The notes under the pieces: generated by a model
Told to the model about the DNA's origin: nothing
The model's database searches: none
The model's input: only the letters and a program-made list of their open reading frames with translations
Position numbers and translations under genes: made by a program
DNA from: Candidatus Zixiibacteriota bacterium
GTDB lineage: Bacteria; Zixibacteria; MSB-5A5; GN15; JAAZOE01
DNA: 34,033 nt
Assembly (NCBI GenBank): GCA_043819555.1
Contig: JBDREQ010000019.1
Coordinates: 1-34,033, forward strand
Reading direction: 5' to 3'
Shown here: positions 29,281 through 34,033 of the stretch, piece by piece
Layout: each line of letters begins with the position of its first letter
Position numbering within the stretch: position 1 is the stretch's first letter

Positions 29281-30864
29281 ATGTCATTTACCAGAGTAAA
29301 TGCCTCGGCCGCGACTTTGACCAAGAACAGGACAGAGGATTCCGTTACTCGTCTATCAGGAATGTGCGTCACCTGCGTCGATGGCTGTATCGGAATGTGC
29401 GAAATAGGGAAATCGGCTTATAGAGGTCACGAAGTAATTTATCCCCAACCCTTCGGCGTTATTACGACCGCTTCGGAGAAGTCTTACCCCGTCGATTATT
29501 CTCATTTGAATATTATCGGGGGCGTAATAGGCGCCAAAGGCATTGAAGCCGACAGTGATAAGGCAGTCTTTCCCAATGTCAACCTGGAAGTTCATTTTGG
29601 CCATGATAAAGGAATTAAATTCCGTCTGCCTATAATGATTCCGGGGATCGGTTCTACCGATGTCGCCAAAAATAACTGGGAAGGTCTGGCGATAGGTTCC
29701 GCCCTGGCCGGGACCGGTTTAACGATCGGCGAAAATGTCGTCGGTATGGATACTGAGGCGGTCATCAAGAACGGCCGTGTCGTCGATACCGTTGACCTTA
29801 AACGCCGCGTTAACCTGTTCAAAGATAATCAGCGCGATGGCTACGGCGCGACTATCGTACAAGCCAATATTGAAGATACCCGACTCGGCGTCCAGGAATA
29901 TGCCATCGAAAAACTCGGAGTGGAATGGGTCGAGCTAAAATGGGGTCAGGGCGCCAAAAATATTGGCGGTGAGGTAAAAATCAGAGATCTTAAAAAGGCT
30001 CAAATGCTGTACAAACGGGGTTATGTAGTCCTTCCTAATCCCACCAATCCTGATGTTATCAAGGCCTTTGAACGTGGTACCTTTAAAGAATTTGAGCGGC
30101 ATTCACGGGTCGGCATGGTAACCGAAGAATCATTCGCCAAACGCATTGAAGAGTTGCGCGCGGCGGGCGCCAAGTATATATCACTCAAAACCGGCGCCTA
30201 TCGTCCGGCGGCTCTGGCCCTGGCCTTGAAATTCGCGTCGAAATACAAACTTGACGTTCTTACCGTTGACGGAGCCGGAGGCGGTACAGGAATGAGTCCT
30301 TGGCGTATGATGAACGAGTGGGGCATCCCCCCGGTTGAATTGCATTCGCTCCTTTATAACTATGCCAAAAAACTCGCCGACAGGGGCGAACATATCCCGG
30401 CATTGATTCCAGCTGGTGGGTTTACCTTTGAAGATCAAATATTCAAGGGTCTTGCCCTCGGAGCCCCGTTTGTGAAAATGATCGGAATGGCCCGAGGCCC
30501 GATTGCCGCGGCAATGGTTGGTAAAACCCTTGGACGCACAATTAGCCAGCATCAACTTCCCGTTTATGTCGAGCGATTTGGCACCAGTATAGATGAAGTA
30601 TTCGTGACGGCCGGTGATTTGAGAAAAGAGCTGGGAGATGATGAATTTGAAAAACTGCCAACAGGAGCAATCGGTCTTTATACTTATTACGAACGTTTGG
30701 CACAGGGATTACGTCAATTGATGGCCGGAAGCCGAAAGTTTTCGCTGGAGCATATGACTCGCGATGATTTGATAGCTTTAACGCCCGAAGTTTCGAAAAT
30801 ATCCGGCATTACCTATGTCATGGACGTCGATAAAGAAGAAGCCGAAAAAATCCTGAATGCATAA
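29281..30864 (+). CDS. FMN-binding glutamate synthase family protein (stand-alone FMN barrel)
   Basis: TIGEN, ELKWGQGAK-x-x-GG, DGAGGGTG, EWGIP and AGG motifs; N-terminal CVTCVDGCIGMC. ATG at 29281 behind AGGAGG. Confidence 0.88.
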   Translation: MSFTRVNASAATLTKNRTEDSVTRLSGMCVTCVDGCIGMCEIGKSAYRGHEVIYPQPFGVITTASEKSYPVDYSHLNIIGGVIGAKGIEADSDKAVFPNVNLEVHFGHDKGIKFRLPIMIPGIGSTDVAKNNWEGLAIGSALAGTGLTIGENVVGMDTEAVIKNGRVVDTVDLKRRVNLFKDNQRDGYGATIVQANIEDTRLGVQEYAIEKLGVEWVELKWGQGAKNIGGEVKIRDLKKAQMLYKRGYVVLPNPTNPDVIKAFERGTFKEFERHSRVGMVTEESFAKRIEELRAAGAKYISLKTGAYRPAALALALKFASKYKLDVLTVDGAGGGTGMSPWRMMNEWGIPPVELHSLLYNYAKKLADRGEHIPALIPAGGFTFEDQIFKGLALGAPFVKMIGMARGPIAAAMVGKTLGRTISQHQLPVYVERFGTSIDEVFVTAGDLRKELGDDEFEKLPTGAIGLYTYYERLAQGLRQLMAGSRKFSLEHMTRDDLIALTPEVSKISGITYVMDVDKEEAEKILNA

Positions 30865-30915
30865 TAAAAATATGGCAGACTTTATGTTTGCCATAGCAAC
30901 ATAATCGACTCATTA

Positions 30916-30954
30916 ATGACGCCTCTTGTCTCCTTAAGAGGCGTCATATTTTTT
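30916..30954 (+). terminator. Intrinsic terminator of the redox operon
   Basis: Perfect 12-bp stem ATGACGCCTCTT / AAGAGGCGTCAT followed by ATTTTTT. Confidence 0.85.
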
Positions 30955-31012
30955 CCATTCTTTTTTGAGAATCACAAATTTATAAATCCTGCCCTCAAAA
31001 GGGATGATACTG

Positions 31013-31048
31013 CAAAAAAGAATGCGCCAGGCTGACGCATCCTTTTTT
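31013..31048. terminator. Possible bidirectional terminator
   Basis: AAAAAAG-AATGCG...CGCAT-CCTTTTTT hairpin with A and T runs on both sides, between convergent genes. Confidence 0.5.
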
Positions 31049-31049
31049 G

Positions 31050-31102
31050 TATCAATAAGTTAGAAATTGTGGCGGGGGTCATTATACGAATTTCGCAACT
31101 TT
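31050..31102 (+). repeat. Dispersed att-like motif, family A copy 5, with an IHF-consensus site
   Basis: TATCAATAAGTTA (31050-31062) fits WATCAANNNNTTR; core TGGCGGGGGTCATTATACGAATTTCGCAACTTT at 31070. Confidence 0.7.
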
Positions 31103-31181
31103 TTGATGACTGAGAATTGCAAAGTTGTTATTCAGCCGTAGAATAACTTCGAACCCATTTTATCAATTTCTTAACAGATAC

Positions 31182-32183
31182 TTACCAACTTAGGACAATA
31201 CGATAGCGAGCTTTTCCACTATTTAATTTTTTAATTGCTTCGTTGACCTGATCGAAACGATATTCTTCAACAATCGGCTTTATTTTATGCATGGCGGCAA
31301 AATCAAGCATCTTTGCAATAGCCGCAGGACTGCCAACTGGCGAGCCGGATATTGAGCGCTGTCCCATAATTAAGGGAAAGACTCCAACATCCAATGGCTC
31401 CATAACGGCCCCGACTATGTGTAATCTACCTTTTGATTTTAGGGTCGCAAGGTATGTATTCCAATCGAGTTTTACATTTACTGTGGATAAAATAAGATCA
31501 AACTGTCCGGCGACCGCTTCAAGCTCATCAGAGTTACGGGAATTAATTGTTTGATGGGCTCCCATTTCAATCGCCTCTTCTTTTTTCGAATCATTTGATG
31601 TAAAAGCTGTCACTTTACATCCCCAAGCATTCAAGAACATTAAGGCCATATGCCCCAATCCGCCTATACCAATAACCCCCACTTTATCCGTAGGTTTAAT
31701 ATCAAATTGTAACAGCGGATTAAAAACTGTTATCCCACCGCAGAATAGAGGTCCGGCGCTTTTAAAATCAAGCTCTTCAGGCAGTAAAACCACACTTGCA
31801 CTATGCGCACGTACTTTATCAGCAAAGCCTCCATGTCGACCAACGATAGTACCTTCATTTTGGACACACAAATTATGGTCGCCATCCAAACAACTTGGAC
31901 AGGTCATACAATATCCCGAATGCCACCCCAATCCGACTTTTTGGCCAGCTTGAAAACTTGTTACATCTTCTCCTACCTTTGAAATAATCCCGACAACTTC
32001 ATGACCGGGCACTAAAGGAAATTGAGAAAATCCCCATTCATTATTAATCATGCTCACGTCGCTGTGGCAGATGCCACAATGCTTGATGTCGATTTCAACA
32101 TCTTTTCTTCTAAGCGGGCCTGGATCATATTCAAACGGTTTTAATACCCCACCCGGCTCATGAACCGCAAATGCCTTAATCAT
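31182..32183 (-). CDS. Zn-dependent NAD(P)H alcohol dehydrogenase / aldehyde reductase (Ahr/YjgB-like)
   Basis: CGICHSD, GHE, CMTCPSC...C, GPLFCGGITV, GIGGLGH, KARYRIVL. Confidence 0.93.
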   Translation of the reverse strand: MIKAFAVHEPGGVLKPFEYDPGPLRRKDVEIDIKHCGICHSDVSMINNEWGFSQFPLVPGHEVVGIISKVGEDVTSFQAGQKVGLGWHSGYCMTCPSCLDGDHNLCVQNEGTIVGRHGGFADKVRAHSASVVLLPEELDFKSAGPLFCGGITVFNPLLQFDIKPTDKVGVIGIGGLGHMALMFLNAWGCKVTAFTSNDSKKEEAIEMGAHQTINSRNSDELEAVAGQFDLILSTVNVKLDWNTYLATLKSKGRLHIVGAVMEPLDVGVFPLIMGQRSISGSPVGSPAAIAKMLDFAAMHKIKPIVEEYRFDQVNEAIKKLNSGKARYRIVLSW

Positions 32184-32443
32184 TTTATATCCTTTAGAAA
32201 GAATGAATTTATAGATTTACACGGGAGCAATATCCATTTTATTTGATTAAATATTGGATCGCAAATTTAGGCCCTTTGATCAATATGTCAATTGCTGATC
32301 CATTCTCCATATTATGATAATTTTTAGAACGATGATAAACAGGGCCGGTGGCCCACTGCAACTTGTTGCGGTGGGTTCCAGCCGGATTTTCCTTTTCTCA
32401 TAAATCCACAGCGCAACAGCCAAAAAACAGGCCCTTGCCTTGT

Positions 32444-32469
32444 GTCATTCTTGCTTGCGCAGGAATCCA
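32444..32469. repeat. Short palindromic GTCATTC...GAATCCA element
   Basis: GTCATTCTTGCTTGCGCAGGAATCCA resembles the widespread GTCATTCCYGC-N-GCRGGAATCCA palindromic repeats; single copy in this window. Confidence 0.45.
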
Positions 32470-32527
32470 TACATACTCTATCCATGAGGAAAACTTAGTA
32501 ATTAACGGCAAATTAATAGGAATATCT

Positions 32528-32614
32528 TGTAGGGAAGGAGCCCTTAGGCTCCTGCCAATCGCGCAAAGCGCGATACAATAAAATTTATTGGCGGGATCAC
32601 AGGGATCCCGCCCT
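32528..32614. repeat. GTAG-type REP doublet interrupted by the IS110
   Basis: TGTAG plus hairpin GGAAGGAGCC-CTTA-GGCTCCTGCC; central hairpin ATCGCGC-AAA-GCGCGAT; then GGCGGGATC-ACAGG-GATCCCGCC-CT, whose ACA continuation is at 33832. Confidence 0.7.
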
Positions 32615-32628
32615 TGTATCTTAAATCC

Positions 32629-32810
32629 ATAAATCTATTATATTAAGACGAATCGGGATGATTCTGATCCCGCCCTTAAGTTTTGAAGCCTGATTTGTAG
32701 ATAAGAACTCCCGATTCGTTTACAAGATAGCCTGAAGCTGAACGGTATCTTAGGCAATCCGCACAAACGAATTAGCCTGCATTTACAAGGTTAGCATCAA
32801 GCTTCTTACT
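32629..32810 (+). ncRNA. IS110 bridge RNA (boundaries approximate)
   Basis: Two stem-flanked internal loops: target guides GATCCCGCCCT (32666-76) and TTGTAG (32695-700); donor guides ACGGTATCT (32742-50) and TACAAG (32784-89); an 11-bp stem 32648-58/32709-19. Confidence 0.85.
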
Positions 32811-32834
32811 TTAATAATAACAAAGGAGTATGGA

Positions 32835-33821
32835 ATGAGCAAGGCATCTTTTTACGTCGGGATTGATGTTGGTTCTCAAGAATTGGTAGCGGCGGTTGAA
32901 AACCGCAAACCCAGAAGTTTCAAACACAGCCGAGCTGGAATCAAAGCAATGATCAAATGGGCTCAAAAGCTGGCTCCAGAAACACCCTTGCATTTTTGTC
33001 TTGAAGCGACCGGCGTTTATGGTTATTCGCTAGCTTGCCGTTTACATCAAGACCATCAAGTGACAGTAAGCGTTATCAATCCGGCTCAGATTGCTTCTTA
33101 TGCCAAAGCCCAGTTGCGCCGGACAAAAACTGATAATGTTGATGCCAGAGTTATTCATTCTTTTGCTCAAAGCCAGAATCCTCGGGTATGGAAGCCGGAG
33201 TCGTCAACCATTCGCCAGCTCTATTATCTTGTCGTTGAAGCTGACCGAATTGGCAAAACGATGGGACAATGGAATAATCGAAAGCATGGTCATAAATACC
33301 TTAACGATCTCCCTCAAATTATCAAACAAACGAATAAAGCTCTTCAGAGAGCGATGACCAGGCAGTTGGAAAAAATAGAGCAGGCTATTTTGGAACTCTG
33401 CCAACAGAACAAAGAACTTAAGCAAGATGTTCAACTCCTTTGCTCCATCCCGGGTGTTGCAAATCATTCAGCGGTGAGGATTTTGGCTTATGGCAAAAAT
33501 ACGTTAAGGGATTTCAGCCGCAATGCACTGACCGCTCATGCCGGATTGGCGCCAGGACAAAAACAATCGGGAACCTCTATCCACGGCAAATCCCGAATCG
33601 CCAAACAAGGAGACAGTAGACTCAGGAAAACGTTGTATATGCCTGCCCTCGTTGCCGCTTATCACAACCCAACATTAAAATTATTCTATCAAAGATTACT
33701 GGAAAACGGAAAACCGAAAATGGTCGCCATCGTCGCCGTAATGAAAAAACTACTCCTGATGATTCAAGCTATACTCAAAAAGAAAATACCCTATGGCCCT
33801 AACTTTGCTCTTGACTCTTAA
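32835..33821 (+). CDS. IS110-family DEDD recombinase/transposase
   Basis: GIDVG, LEATG and KTDNVDA (DEDD); SIPGV, AGLAP-x-x-x-QSG (catalytic Ser region), GDSRLRK, VAVMKKL. Confidence 0.96.
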   Translation: MSKASFYVGIDVGSQELVAAVENRKPRSFKHSRAGIKAMIKWAQKLAPETPLHFCLEATGVYGYSLACRLHQDHQVTVSVINPAQIASYAKAQLRRTKTDNVDARVIHSFAQSQNPRVWKPESSTIRQLYYLVVEADRIGKTMGQWNNRKHGHKYLNDLPQIIKQTNKALQRAMTRQLEKIEQAILELCQQNKELKQDVQLLCSIPGVANHSAVRILAYGKNTLRDFSRNALTAHAGLAPGQKQSGTSIHGKSRIAKQGDSRLRKTLYMPALVAAYHNPTLKLFYQRLLENGKPKMVAIVAVMKKLLLMIQAILKKKIPYGPNFALDS

Positions 33822-33852
33822 GACGGTATCTACAATTTTTGGGTAAAGGCAC

Positions 33853-33889
33853 AAAAAAAGCCGGGAATCAAAAATCAAATGCCCGGCTT
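33853..33889 (-). terminator. Intrinsic terminator of the right-edge gene
   Basis: AAGCCGGG...CCCGGCTT stem with an A7 run on its left. Confidence 0.6.
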
Positions 33890-33913
33890 ATTCATTGAAA
33901 ATCTTTTATTCGG

Positions 33914-34033
33914 TCACTGCAAAAGCAACATCTTTTTGCTGGCGGTGAATTCATCGGTTGTGATGCGATAATAATAAACTCCTGACGCCGCGTCCCGGCC
34001 ATTATCGTTTTTACTGTTCCACATAATCGAATG
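33914..34033 (-). CDS. C-terminal end of a secreted protein with a FlgD-Ig/T9SS type-A sorting domain (partial)
   Basis: Manual translation HSIMWNSKNDNGRDAASGVYYYRITTDEFTASKKMLLLQ* has the W-x-x-x-N-x-x-G...SGVYYY...KKMLLL signature. Confidence 0.85.
   Translation of the reverse strand, partial: HSIMWNSKNDNGRDAASGVYYYRITTDEFTASKKMLLLQ

Larger units (their letters stand above)
32613..33831 (+). mobile_element. Complete IS110-family (IS621-like) insertion sequence bounded by CT cores
   Basis: CT at 32613-14 and 33830-31; a 220-nt non-coding left end and a 10-nt right end; removing the element restores a REP ending in CCCTACA. Confidence 0.9.

Noticed and set aside
31070..31102. Family A motif as a tRNA gene or tRNA 3' half
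   Set aside because: TGGCGGGG is the reverse complement of a CCCCGCCA acceptor end, but no T-loop (GTTCGA) occurs at the required spacing in any copy and there is no cloverleaf.
32348..32581. 77-aa ORF upstream of the IS110
   Set aside because: It runs across several palindromic REP-like elements and has no recognisable motif or RBS; likely spurious.
32719..32726. Second TTTACAAG as the right donor guide
   Set aside because: It lies in the linker between the two stem-loops; the copy at 32784-89 is the one opposite the left donor guide.
1..34033. CRISPR array, rRNA, tRNA or selenoprotein read-through
   Set aside because: I saw no regularly spaced short repeats, no RNA-gene signatures, and no in-frame TGA at a conserved Cys position.

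Overview
Bacterial chromosomal window, probably from an anaerobic FCB-group organism (a T9SS/FlgD-type C-terminal sorting tail lies at the right edge; the taxon is an inference). In order it holds: the 5' end of an IS30-family transposase; a DEAD-box helicase and typA/bipA; two small accessory genes; an arsR-arsP-arsE/F/G-like operon divergent from a porin-pstSCAB-phoU operon; a run of small accessory genes (two GNATs, a long ThyX, a frameshifted CPBP protease, a YCF48-repeat lipoprotein, a frameshifted cupin, a SnoaL lipoprotein); a soluble histidine kinase and sigma-54 activator; a five-gene redox operon (Cys-rich ORF, HydC/NuoE-like, HydB/NuoF fused to GltD/NfnB, truncated HydA/NuoG-like, FMN glutamate-synthase-family protein); a Zn-dependent alcohol dehydrogenase; and a complete IS110 element. 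Three things stand out. (1) All four guide segments of the IS110 bridge RNA can be read from the sequence; they match the element's own ends and its REP-like target. (2) Two families of ungapped, degenerate intergenic repeats lie between the accessory modules and look like recombination scars of a non-attC cassette-accretion system. (3) A HydABC/Bfu-type flavin-FeS complex has no hydrogenase or formate dehydrogenase catalytic domain and is instead paired with an amidotransferase-less glutamate-synthase FMN subunit. Alignments were done by eye and no database searches were run.
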